64,000 nt of DNA from contig CAVSBL010000002.1 of NCBI GenBank assembly GCA_963726255.1, positions 1,984,001 through 2,048,000 of the forward strand. The letters run 5' to 3'. Source of the DNA: Candidatus Bathyarchaeota archaeon (lineage in GTDB: Archaea; Thermoproteota; Bathyarchaeia; 40CM-2-53-6). Below, in pieces: positions 10,049-18,377 of this stretch. Each line of letters starts with the position of its first letter. The first letter of the stretch is position 1. The position numbers and the translations under genes are program-made. The notes under the pieces are model-generated. The model was not told where the DNA came from. It saw only the letters and a program-made list of their open reading frames with translations, and ran no database searches.

Positions 10049-11135
10049 ACGGGACGACTTCTGTTTTCACTTTGTAAAATGCGGAACGACCTATCCTCTC
10101 GGTTGTCAGGAGCTTCATTGATGAAAGAGTCGATAGATGATACGAGATTGTTGCCTTATCTTTGCCAAACTTCTCGGTCAGGGTCGAGGGTCTGGTACCC
10201 CGCTCATCATGTTCGAGCAGCATGTGCTTGAGCAATAGCGTGTGAAATTCTGAAAGCTGGGACAGACGTTCCTGAATGCCCTTTATGCCCAACCTGTCCG
10301 CAGCGCTTTCTATCGATTCGCGGTCGACAGTCTTCTTGTGCTGGAGGAAAGTCTCTTCAAGTCCTTGAACGAAAAGCCGCAGTGCCACTCCAGGCACTCC
10401 GAAAGATAATCGAAATACTGCATCGGCAACTTCCTCGGGGACTGTGAACTCTGCGTTGCTAATTATGGCAGAGAAAGAATCGATGATCTCGGTGATGTCG
10501 TCCTTGGACAGCGGATCCAAGTAGACCTGTTTGCTGACAGGTATCACGTCGCTCAGTGAGTCTCGCTGGACGTTCCATGATTCCGGAGTCCATGCGGTGA
10601 TGATGACCCCATGCCCCATAGCTCGAACGATCTCTTTGATGGAACTCGCTGGGTCTTTGTCCTTGTCGAATGAATCCACAACCAGCAGATCCAGTTTCTC
10701 TTTTCGAATCTCGTCAAGAAAGGTGAAGAACCAATTCGGCTCTTCTTTTTGTTCGTCGATTTCCACGAACCTACACGCATCAACGAGTCGCTTCTTAATT
10801 TTTGATTGGATTTTTTCCAGGGAAGAACAGAGCGCGTTCAGGAGAGCAGTCTTTCCGGACTGCTCGACACCTATAACAGGAATATGATAGATGCCTTCCC
10901 GTTCTTTCTCAAAGTAGCCGATGAACTCGGCAGTCTTCTGTAGAGCTTCTTCGCGATCCGCGAGAAGGCTCGGGTTCTCGGTAATCGATTTCGTGAGGTC
11001 GGTTGTCGTCAACAAGCGAGGCTCGATTCGCTGCTCCTTTAGCCAGACCTGCAGGCTGCTGACTTCGCCACGCAGACCCTTCTCGTACGCTTCTTCGAAC
11101 AAATCCAACGTTTGACGTTTATTCATACCAATCAA
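10005..11135 (-). CDS. P-loop (AAA-like) ATPase with C-terminal ArsR-type winged HTH; probable operon regulator (likely start ATG 11126)
   Basis: Walker A GVEQSGKT, Walker B LLVVDS, SFGVPG sensor-like motif, C-terminal KDKATISYHLSTL...ERIGRSAFYKV. Confidence 0.75.
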   Translation of the reverse strand: MIGMNKRQTLDLFEEAYEKGLRGEVSSLQVWLKEQRIEPRLLTTTDLTKSITENPSLLADREEALQKTAEFIGYFEKEREGIYHIPVIGVEQSGKTALLNALCSSLEKIQSKIKKRLVDACRFVEIDEQKEEPNWFFTFLDEIRKEKLDLLVVDSFDKDKDPASSIKEIVRAMGHGVIITAWTPESWNVQRDSLSDVIPVSKQVYLDPLSKDDITEIIDSFSAIISNAEFTVPEEVADAVFRLSFGVPGVALRLFVQGLEETFLQHKKTVDRESIESAADRLGIKGIQERLSQLSEFHTLLLKHMLLEHDERGTRPSTLTEKFGKDKATISYHLSTLSSMKLLTTERIGRSAFYKVKTEVVPFVQTKVAQEGEFLA

Positions 11136-11194
11136 ACTATATTTAAGCTGTTCTTACTAATCAAACAATTATTGCTTCAAGTATTTAAATCTAT
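11130..11194 (-). promoter_or_regulatory. AT-rich putative promoter of the Argonaute/resection operon
   Basis: Minus-strand TATA-like TTTAAATA (11182-11189) and TTAAATA (11140-11146). Near-direct repeats aatcaaactat (11130-11140) and aatcaaacaat (11159-11169). Confidence 0.5.
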
Positions 11195-11202
11195 CATCGG
11201 CC

Positions 11203-11816
11203 GGTTCTGTCTAATCTTCGGTAGCTTCGGGTTCTTCTTCGGGCTGTCCAAACTCGGTTGCTGGCAGTAGTTGATTACTTCATTTGCCGCTTCTTGCGGG
11301 CAAAAGCCCGGAGCATCGGGACGTCCTCCCGGAAGGCCTGCGCCAGCATCCCCCTCATCTCGTCCGCGAGCGCCTTCGGGGCCAGCACGTAGACATCGAT
11401 TCCGGTCTTTTTCCCCTTTGGAGTGTAAATGAAGACCATCTTCGAGCCCGCGTAGGAACCCTCCAGGTCCTCGGTGATGCGGACAAAGGGAGGAATGGTC
11501 GTTAAACGCACCTTCAGCTTCATCCACCTGCCTCCCCTCACGACTTCGCAGTCGGCTAAGCCCGTTCTCTCATCGATTTTCTTCCACTTCATGTTTCGCA
11601 GGCTCTTACTGTGAGCCTGTGGGTGGAACTCTTCGTCGTTCAGCATGAAATCCCAGACCACGCCGATGGGGGCGTCGAGGACGCTTCCCTTGTCCTCGAA
11701 GTAGACGAAGTCCTTGGGATCTTTTGCCTTTGCGGGGCGGGTCGCCATGACAGGAGATGTGGTAGGGGGACTATAAAGAGCCCACGAGGCCGAACTACCG
11801 AAGATTAGACAGAACC
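11203..11816. mobile_element. Non-autonomous IS6-like element (MITE/cassette) carrying a passenger gene
   Basis: Perfect 22-bp terminal inverted repeats: GGTTCTGTCTAATCTTCGGTAG (11203-11224) and its reverse complement (11795-11816). 8-bp direct repeat CATCGGCC immediately outside both ends (11195-11202, 11817-11824). No transposase inside. Confidence 0.88.
11275..11748 (-). CDS. SRPBCC/START-like (Bet v1 fold) ligand-binding protein, passenger of the element
   Basis: SVLDAPIGVVWDFM N-terminal pattern and C-terminal amphipathic helix. ATG 11748 lies about 24 nt downstream of TTTATA (11772-11777, minus strand), inside the element. Confidence 0.65.
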   Translation of the reverse strand: MATRPAKAKDPKDFVYFEDKGSVLDAPIGVVWDFMLNDEEFHPQAHSKSLRNMKWKKIDERTGLADCEVVRGGRWMKLKVRLTTIPPFVRITEDLEGSYAGSKMVFIYTPKGKKTGIDVYVLAPKALADEMRGMLAQAFREDVPMLRAFARKKRQMK

Positions 11817-11959
11817 CATCGGCCGTCATTGCGGCCTTCGTCCAGACGAAATCACGGGGGGCTACACTAGCAAGAATTTCGCCATGCAGTCCAGAGGGAG
11901 ACGATGCTTCTTGCCGCTGCTGGCGAAGCTGACAGCGGAGCTGAGCTGACTAGCAACAA

Positions 11960-14326
11960 TCAGCTTCGTTCAAGAAACCTATGGAAATAGGCCGTTTTCT
12001 TCGGGTTCATGGGGGGGATGTCAGCTAACTTTCTCTCAGTATCACCGATCGAGAAATCCAATGCAAATCGGTGGCTGTCCTTGATCGCTAGCAACATCCT
12101 GCCGAGCACTTGGATACTATCTGGTTCTGTTTGAGAAATCAAGTTGTCGCATAACCTAGCCACCTCGTCATCCACGTCATTGGGGCTGAGGAAATGGGTT
12201 AACATCCCGCAGTAGGTTTCTATGAAGTCCTCTTCGTCGAATCCTTTCTCGGGATAATACCGCTCGGATAGCTCCTTCACGAATTCTCTTGTTTCATGAT
12301 AATTGCTTCCAATCGTCATTTCGGAGCACGAAACCAGGTCCCTCAAGTACAGGTGCGGAAACGGATAGCCGTAGCAGTAGGACGCGGCAAGCAATCGGGC
12401 GCAGAAGCTTACAATGTCTGACTTGGCGCAGTCACTTCCTTGTATGTTCTGGAGGTTTGTGTCGATGGTCTGGGAAAGCCTGTCCAGCATATAGGCATCA
12501 ACGCCTTGCCTGAAGATTCTCAGGAAAAAATCCATGAGGATAGATTGAGCGTTAAGGATCGAGTTGGACGGTGTCGGGCTCTTCACGGTGGAGGCTGAAA
12601 GCATGATGATCTTGTTCAGGTTGGACAGTATTCTCACCACGAGTTTTGTCCGCTCTTCCTCCTGATCCAAGTAGCTTGGGTATCTAGGGTGAGGCGATAG
12701 CTCCTCCTCATCGCCTGAAAATGATGTCTCGGTGTCCCTGAGCATACTCTTCTTGGAGTTTGTCCAGCGCAGTAATGCTTCAAGGTCGCGCAAAAGCGAG
12801 TCCGGACTTGATATTCCGCTCATTCTGCTGGGTAGATAATGCTTCCTCTCCTCCTTCGTCTCGCTGGGAGCGCTCGTTGTCATCTCTGGTTCAAGCGTTC
12901 TCCTTGCAAGCCCGCTGATGATTGCCAACACTTCTGAAATGTCCACCGAGAAATCCCGGTACAGTTTCCTAGAGATTTCTTCAAAGGAGGCTTGGGACCT
13001 TGCAATTCGCTTGATGAAGTAGTGCTTGTCGAAGAATATGCGCCTCCGTCCGCTCCTTCCTCCGCATGTGACCACGACCTCCTTGGGATTTCCCTGCGGT
13101 ATGTCCAAAGCAATCTCACGCGTGACGGGACCAAATTCGCCTTCAATTGTTCCCGCTGTTTCCTCCATCGTAACTACGGCCGTTGCTGGGCCCTTCAATG
13201 GCTCGGTTCTCACCGTGAGAGTGCGTGAAATGTCGTCGAAATCGGCAGAGAGTATCCTTAACGAGTCACTGGCAGGCGACTCCATTGGTCCGGATGCTCT
13301 GAGCAGGCTCCGGACATCCTTGGGCTCTGTGAGAGCGATGCTATCCAGAATTTCGGCGAAATCTTGCCCTCTATGCAGCACTGCACATTCGAGATTTCCG
13401 GATTTAGCCGTCGCAAGCAGTGCGCTTGATGTCAGATTCGGAGAACCCACGAGAAGATGCTTCTCAGGCCCGTCAATGCAAATCACCTTTGAGTGGAACT
13501 GGCGTGAGGGTTCGCTGAACTTAGCTTCCACCACGCGAAATCTAACCCCTTTTGATGCCAGGAGCTGTTCGTAGCGTGATATGTCTGTCAAGTTGTGATT
13601 ACCTCTCTGGAGCGCCAGCGTAACGCTCTCGGTCTTGACTCCGTCAGTAAGCTTGTCCACGACTATGGGATCTTGCGAAAGAAAAGGAGCCATCAGAAAT
13701 ACATCTGTGGTCTTTGCTTGTCCCAAAAGCTCCAGCATCTGCTCCAGAATCGGTCTATTCAGGTTGTGCATAATCGAAAAGCTTCTGTCATTCGGTTCGG
13801 CTGTGACTTTTGCCAGTTGGAATGCTTTAATCAAGTCTTGAAAGAGGGAGGTGACCTTCCGTTCCTCAACGTAACCTTGCAATAGGCCCGCAACCAGTTC
13901 TCCCAGGGTCCTGTACAATGCCCCGTCGTTGGCCGCGCCTAAGCTGACTTTGGTGATGAGTTCCGCATTGCTTGTGAAACCGTGCAGCGTGATATTTCCG
14001 CTTCCTATGTATAATGTGCCTGTGCGTCCGTTTTCCGACAGGAAAAGGAACAGCTTCGGGTGAAATACTCCATTAGAAAGATAAACCGGGACGAGATGGT
14101 AGCTCCTTCCGGTGTGATTCGTAAATCTGTCATAGCTTCTTTCGTATTGTGCGCCGTCGACCAGAACGACGATTTCTGCTCCCGGATTGTTCTCTTGAAG
14201 GGCTTTCAGCAGGCAGATGTCGAAAAAGAAAGGATCGAAGCAGTAAGTAGTCAACACAATGTAGTCGTTGTTCTTCTGCTTCTCTGTAAGTTCCTCGATG
14301 AGGTCTATTCGATGCGCTTTAGCCAT
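11960..14326 (-). CDS. Phospholipase D-superfamily nuclease with two HKD-type motifs and a long C-terminal region
   Basis: LTTYCFD, FHPKLFL...GSGNIT...SNAE, and MAPF, FHSKV...GSPNLT...GNLE. Confidence 0.85.
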   Translation of the reverse strand: MAKAHRIDLIEELTEKQKNNDYIVLTTYCFDPFFFDICLLKALQENNPGAEIVVLVDGAQYERSYDRFTNHTGRSYHLVPVYLSNGVFHPKLFLFLSENGRTGTLYIGSGNITLHGFTSNAELITKVSLGAANDGALYRTLGELVAGLLQGYVEERKVTSLFQDLIKAFQLAKVTAEPNDRSFSIMHNLNRPILEQMLELLGQAKTTDVFLMAPFLSQDPIVVDKLTDGVKTESVTLALQRGNHNLTDISRYEQLLASKGVRFRVVEAKFSEPSRQFHSKVICIDGPEKHLLVGSPNLTSSALLATAKSGNLECAVLHRGQDFAEILDSIALTEPKDVRSLLRASGPMESPASDSLRILSADFDDISRTLTVRTEPLKGPATAVVTMEETAGTIEGEFGPVTREIALDIPQGNPKEVVVTCGGRSGRRRIFFDKHYFIKRIARSQASFEEISRKLYRDFSVDISEVLAIISGLARRTLEPEMTTSAPSETKEERKHYLPSRMSGISSPDSLLRDLEALLRWTNSKKSMLRDTETSFSGDEEELSPHPRYPSYLDQEEERTKLVVRILSNLNKIIMLSASTVKSPTPSNSILNAQSILMDFFLRIFRQGVDAYMLDRLSQTIDTNLQNIQGSDCAKSDIVSFCARLLAASYCYGYPFPHLYLRDLVSCSEMTIGSNYHETREFVKELSERYYPEKGFDEEDFIETYCGMLTHFLSPNDVDDEVARLCDNLISQTEPDSIQVLGRMLLAIKDSHRFALDFSIGDTERKLADIPPMNPKKTAYFHRFLERS

Positions 14327-15990
14327 TCTCTCCCCTTATCGGTGAGTGTCAGTTTCGACCTACTTTCTTGAACGAATCCTGCGTCGTTGAGCAGGCTTCG
14401 TATGGCGTCCCAGCGGTTGTCGCGAGTTCGGAAGTCGACTGGCTCTGTTCTTGCAAAGAAAAGGCGGCCTCCGTCCTCCGTAAATATCCAGTTTTTGGTG
14501 CCGTTGTTCGCGAATCTGTTCGCTGCCTCAAAGAGGTGTCTGTTAACGATCATGAGGGCCAGGTTGACGAGAAAGTCGTGCGCTTTCACGCTGTTGCGAT
14601 CAGAGAATGAGATGATATTGTGGATCGAGATGGGGTCCTCAGTGAGTTCAGCCTTGTTCGACGTGCCGTATTCTCGTAAAATCTGCTCCGTGTCCAAGTA
14701 CCGTTTATGCAGAAGGCATAGCATGACGGCGATTGCCCCCAGCGTGTCCTCCGGCTTCTCGGCATTGTAAAGCAAGTCGTACACTTGCGACTCGTTTATG
14801 CGCGACCGAGTGCTCGTCCTCCGGCTGTGTCCGTTGCGCTTCTCTACGAGTCTGATCAGGTCATCCATGGTCGAGTTAGAATCGATGTGGGCTGAAAGCG
14901 TCCGTGACAAGCCGCTGTAGACGGCGTTCCATTTGATGACGGAAAGAACCCTTGATTTCTCAATGCCGTGGTAGTTGGCAACTACTCTCTGGATCACATC
15001 TAAGAGCATCTCAATCGCGAAGACGTAATAGACGTTCAGTTGAAAGAATTCCCAGAAGTTCCTGGCTTTCTCAAGTCGACCAAAATCAATCTTGGCACGC
15101 GTGTTCCTGTTCTCCGAGAAGTAGATGGCGTCCCATAAATAGCGTTCAAATCCTGCGACAGGCGGATTGGTCTCGTCAATAACGTTCATGAACAAAAAGA
15201 GCGTATTTCTTCTGCGCAGACCCCATTGTCTCACAAACTCGGCATCCTCGAAAGTTAGAATATTCTCCAGGCTAATCGAGTCCTGAGGCAATCTGTCCTC
15301 GAATTCAAGCTGAATCTTACCTTTCTTGAATGCGAGATATTCGTGGTCATCTATGTCCCAGTTATCACCCTTCTTGCTCAAGAAGCCAAAGAGTAGTTTC
15401 GACATGACCTCCTTCTCGCTCTCATTGCGAGGCGTTGAGCAAATACACAGGCTCCTGAAATCCAGCAGCTCCTTCCGACGAAATTTTGTCTTCCTGAAGA
15501 ACTTGGTGTCCGGGGCGTTAAGGCACGAGGCGAGCTTCGAATTTATCGGCGATGTCTGCAGTCCGCCGAGGTAGGTCCAAGCACACCTAAGAATCTCCAG
15601 TTGCCTGCTGTAGTATGTTCTGGCAAAGCCATTGATGGCGAAGCCGAGATCGAACTGGTTGGTTGCGCTCCACTTTCCCCTGAACCGTTGCTTGTTGAAC
15701 ACATTTCTCAGGCTAGGATCAGTATCGTCTCCATTATGGTGCGCCAGGCATGAGAGTATGAATATTCGTTCGTAGTCTAACATGTCAATGGTTTGGCTTC
15801 GAGCCAGGTTTTCAAAATACCAGGCGAGGAGAGTGTAGTACCGAATGCGCCTCGTTACTGAGGTAATCCCTGGCGTGAAATCTTCTTGGATTTTGAGATG
15901 TCGCCCCCACAAGCCCAGCAGGTTGACAGCGCGCGAATCCGATGGGATTCTTTCAGACCAGTCCAGCGTGGTGCGCTCGTCAAGCTGCAT
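14305..15990 (-). CDS. Hypothetical protein coupled to the PLD nuclease; N-terminus resembles DUF6361-type defence-associated proteins
   Basis: NLLGL...FTPGITSVTRRIRYYTLLAW motif. C-terminal wHTH-like end (LLNDAGFV...LTLTDKGREWL). 22-nt overlap with the PLD gene. Confidence 0.6.
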   Translation of the reverse strand: MQLDERTTLDWSERIPSDSRAVNLLGLWGRHLKIQEDFTPGITSVTRRIRYYTLLAWYFENLARSQTIDMLDYERIFILSCLAHHNGDDTDPSLRNVFNKQRFRGKWSATNQFDLGFAINGFARTYYSRQLEILRCAWTYLGGLQTSPINSKLASCLNAPDTKFFRKTKFRRKELLDFRSLCICSTPRNESEKEVMSKLLFGFLSKKGDNWDIDDHEYLAFKKGKIQLEFEDRLPQDSISLENILTFEDAEFVRQWGLRRRNTLFLFMNVIDETNPPVAGFERYLWDAIYFSENRNTRAKIDFGRLEKARNFWEFFQLNVYYVFAIEMLLDVIQRVVANYHGIEKSRVLSVIKWNAVYSGLSRTLSAHIDSNSTMDDLIRLVEKRNGHSRRTSTRSRINESQVYDLLYNAEKPEDTLGAIAVMLCLLHKRYLDTEQILREYGTSNKAELTEDPISIHNIISFSDRNSVKAHDFLVNLALMIVNRHLFEAANRFANNGTKNWIFTEDGGRLFFARTEPVDFRTRDNRWDAIRSLLNDAGFVQESRSKLTLTDKGREWLKRIE

Positions 15991-16188
15991 AGATGATTTA
16001 TTGTGAGGCCGTGCTTTAATGAATTGCCGGACGAATCCTGTGAAAGAAGTACGAAAACTGGAAGCGGATTTTGAAGCTTATTGACCATCACGATGAACAC
16101 TATGCGATTTAAGAGGAATTGGCGCGCCTGGCCAGGAGTGGCGAAATTTCCGACTGAGTTTTCACGCCTTTTCCTTGTGATTTTGCTT

Positions 16189-16803
16189 TCACAGCCACTT
16201 GGAAAGGTGCACTCTCGTGTGGGGGACGTTGATCGGGTAAATCGGTAAACAAGTATAAAGGCAGTCGACTTTCCCGTAGGGCATTTTGATTTCCTTGTTT
16301 TCTCCTGTTCTTGGTTTCGCAGTCCACTCCCTCACGTCTGAGCAGAATGATGCAACAGCTTCCTTGGCTATGCCGCCGAGGAGGCAGATTCTCGGAGCGG
16401 CCAATTCCTCAACTTCTCTGCCCAGGAATCTTGGGACGCATGCCTCTAGCGCTAATCGCGAAAATGGTGTGCCGGCCTTCAATGTTCCACTGGACTTTGT
16501 CGCGCACTTCAGAGCATGAACCAGAAAAAAGCCCTTGCTAAGAAATTGGGATGTGTCCTTCATCTTTAGAATGTCAAGCAGATTGTTTCGGAGAGTATCA
16601 CCGGAGTTGTTCCAGAAGTTGTCGCTGGCTTGAGTCTTGGCGCTCGTGTTAGGCGGGTTCCAAGAAACAAACAGGCAGTCCAGGCGGTTTGGGGGCGCTG
16701 GAATGCCAATCGAGGTACGAGGACATGCGACTTCTGAAGTCCATTCGGAACAGGCGATACATCGGTCTGCCTGCATTTGCAGATTATCCCAGTCCGTCGA
16801 CAA
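16189..16803 (-). CDS. Uracil-DNA glycosylase-superfamily protein with Fe-S-like cysteines
   Basis: CIAC, FVSWNPP, HALKC, ACVPRFLGREV, ICLLGGIA pattern of the family-4-like UDG fold. Confidence 0.7.
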   Translation of the reverse strand: MSTDWDNLQMQADRCIACSEWTSEVACPRTSIGIPAPPNRLDCLFVSWNPPNTSAKTQASDNFWNNSGDTLRNNLLDILKMKDTSQFLSKGFFLVHALKCATKSSGTLKAGTPFSRLALEACVPRFLGREVEELAAPRICLLGGIAKEAVASFCSDVREWTAKPRTGENKEIKMPYGKVDCLYTCLPIYPINVPHTRVHLSKWL

Positions 16804-16866
16804 ATTTCCGCTCGGTTACAGTAGTCTTAAGCGCCGGATATGTAGGCTTGGATGATGTGACGCTGT

Positions 16867-17472
16867 TTGTCGAGGCAGGCGCCGAGCAGTTACATGAAAC
16901 AGCCGCCGACAAAGAAGCAAGTTTTGCGGCTAATCGAATCCTGTGACAGTCCAGGGGCTAGATTGGCGGTCGCGCTGGCAGCCTTCTCTGGGCTAGACCC
17001 GGGGCAGATCAGAGCGCTTGTCTTTCAGAATCTGGTGGAGTTTTCGACGGCGCGGAAGCAGTTCTCGCAGGTGCCCGCCAGGATCGAGTTGTGGAATCAT
17101 CGTTCACCTCTCAGGAGGAAGTACTACACTTTCTTGTCGACGCATGGGTGTCGATACGCGCTCGATGAGTTGAAGGCGAGAAATCAGACTCTTTCCACGG
17201 GCTCACCGGTAGTTCCCCCGCAAGCGTTCAAGGAGGCAGATCGGGCGCTTCACGATGCGGCAATGAAATGGCACGTGCTGCGAGACTTCTTCGCTTCGTC
17301 GTTTCTTCGACGCTTCGTAACGTTGGGCACGTCTTCAATCGATCTCCGTTTCAAATTCGGTCATGCGGTCAAGGAGGATGATCTGACTCATGTGTGGCAG
17401 TTCTTCAATCCAGACAGGATTGAGTGGATGAGAGACAGGTACACTCAAGTCGAGAAGCAGTTCTTCATTTGA
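16867..17472 (+). CDS. Degenerate tyrosine-recombinase catalytic domain, probably inactive
   Basis: AAFSGLDPGQI (SGxR box with R replaced by D), YYTFL, HVLRDFF (HxLR), FKFGH. No Tyr at the expected position after GH. No N-terminal binding domain. Confidence 0.6.
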   Translation: MSRQAPSSYMKQPPTKKQVLRLIESCDSPGARLAVALAAFSGLDPGQIRALVFQNLVEFSTARKQFSQVPARIELWNHRSPLRRKYYTFLSTHGCRYALDELKARNQTLSTGSPVVPPQAFKEADRALHDAAMKWHVLRDFFASSFLRRFVTLGTSSIDLRFKFGHAVKEDDLTHVWQFFNPDRIEWMRDRYTQVEKQFFI

Positions 17473-18323
17473 GTCGAACCTTGAAAACCCCGACATTGCC
17501 CTCGACTCGCATCTACGTAGTCGCATTTCACGCGGCGCCTGTCAGCACGACCGCGACCTTGGCAGGAAACGAGTGGCCTTACGACAACGGTGACGATCCT
17601 TCGTTCCGCGCCATGCGAAAGTTCAGTGGGCAATTGACTTGGGGAGTATGCCGACAGGACGTCAGGAATGCGATTAGGGAGGGCGACGTCGCAGTCTTCT
17701 TTTCGTTTCGCAAATGCAGCAAAAATGGAGAAGCGGATTATCGTTTCTGCAGCGTCGCTACCGTCCGGCGAAAGGTGAGCCAGTCTGACATCTGGCAAAA
17801 AGAAAGTTTGAGGGTATTCAGAAAGTATTGCAACCTCTTGATCCGACCTCCGAAATCAAAGGAAATTTGGAAATATTTTGAACCGAGTTTCCAAGGCGCG
17901 CGTCCCCACGAGGACTGGCTTTGGCGAATCGCCGATCACGACGGTCTAAGAAAGAAGGACTTCAGGAATATCGAGAAGACTAACCGTTTCAAACAAGGTA
18001 CCCATATGGGGGATTTCTTGGTTGAAATTGCCCCAAATTACGTTATCTTTTCTTCAGACCCCACCAAAACGGTTACTCTCTCCAATCCCCCTGTAGTAGC
18101 CAGCCACATCAAAGGCCAACAGCACGAGAATTGGAAAAAGGACGACTTGAGTAAAGAAATCAAGAGGCTCACCCTCGAAGAGAGCGAGCGTGTCAATGGC
18201 ACAAGGAGGTGGCTCCGAACGACTAACCTCTATAACCCTCACCGTCAGATTGTCTTTGAACTACCGAAACGTGTTGCGGAGAAATGGCGGGCGCGCCTTT
18301 TGCGATGCGTTAGAACACGATGA
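17469..18323 (+). CDS. Nmad2-like (nucleotide-modification-associated domain) protein
   Basis: YDNGDDPSF...LTWGVCRQDVRNAIREGDVAVF resembles the D.G..P...T...C...R....GD pattern of Nmad2. TTG 17469 overlaps the upstream stop (TTGA). Confidence 0.55.
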   Translation: MSRTLKTPTLPSTRIYVVAFHAAPVSTTATLAGNEWPYDNGDDPSFRAMRKFSGQLTWGVCRQDVRNAIREGDVAVFFSFRKCSKNGEADYRFCSVATVRRKVSQSDIWQKESLRVFRKYCNLLIRPPKSKEIWKYFEPSFQGARPHEDWLWRIADHDGLRKKDFRNIEKTNRFKQGTHMGDFLVEIAPNYVIFSSDPTKTVTLSNPPVVASHIKGQQHENWKKDDLSKEIKRLTLEESERVNGTRRWLRTTNLYNPHRQIVFELPKRVAEKWRARLLRCVRTR

Positions 18324-18377
18324 TTTATCCATGCCGATAGTGCCAATCAGACAAGTAATTAAATTGGAGGCATCGGA

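Noticed and set aside
1031-10887. Numerous plus-strand ORFs of 60-230 aa opposite the operon
   Set aside because: They are antisense shadows of well-supported minus-strand genes and carry no motifs.
11749-11829. N-terminal extension of ORF 11275-11829 in the track
   Set aside because: It runs across the element's right TIR and target duplication. ATG 11748 with its own TATA box is more plausible.
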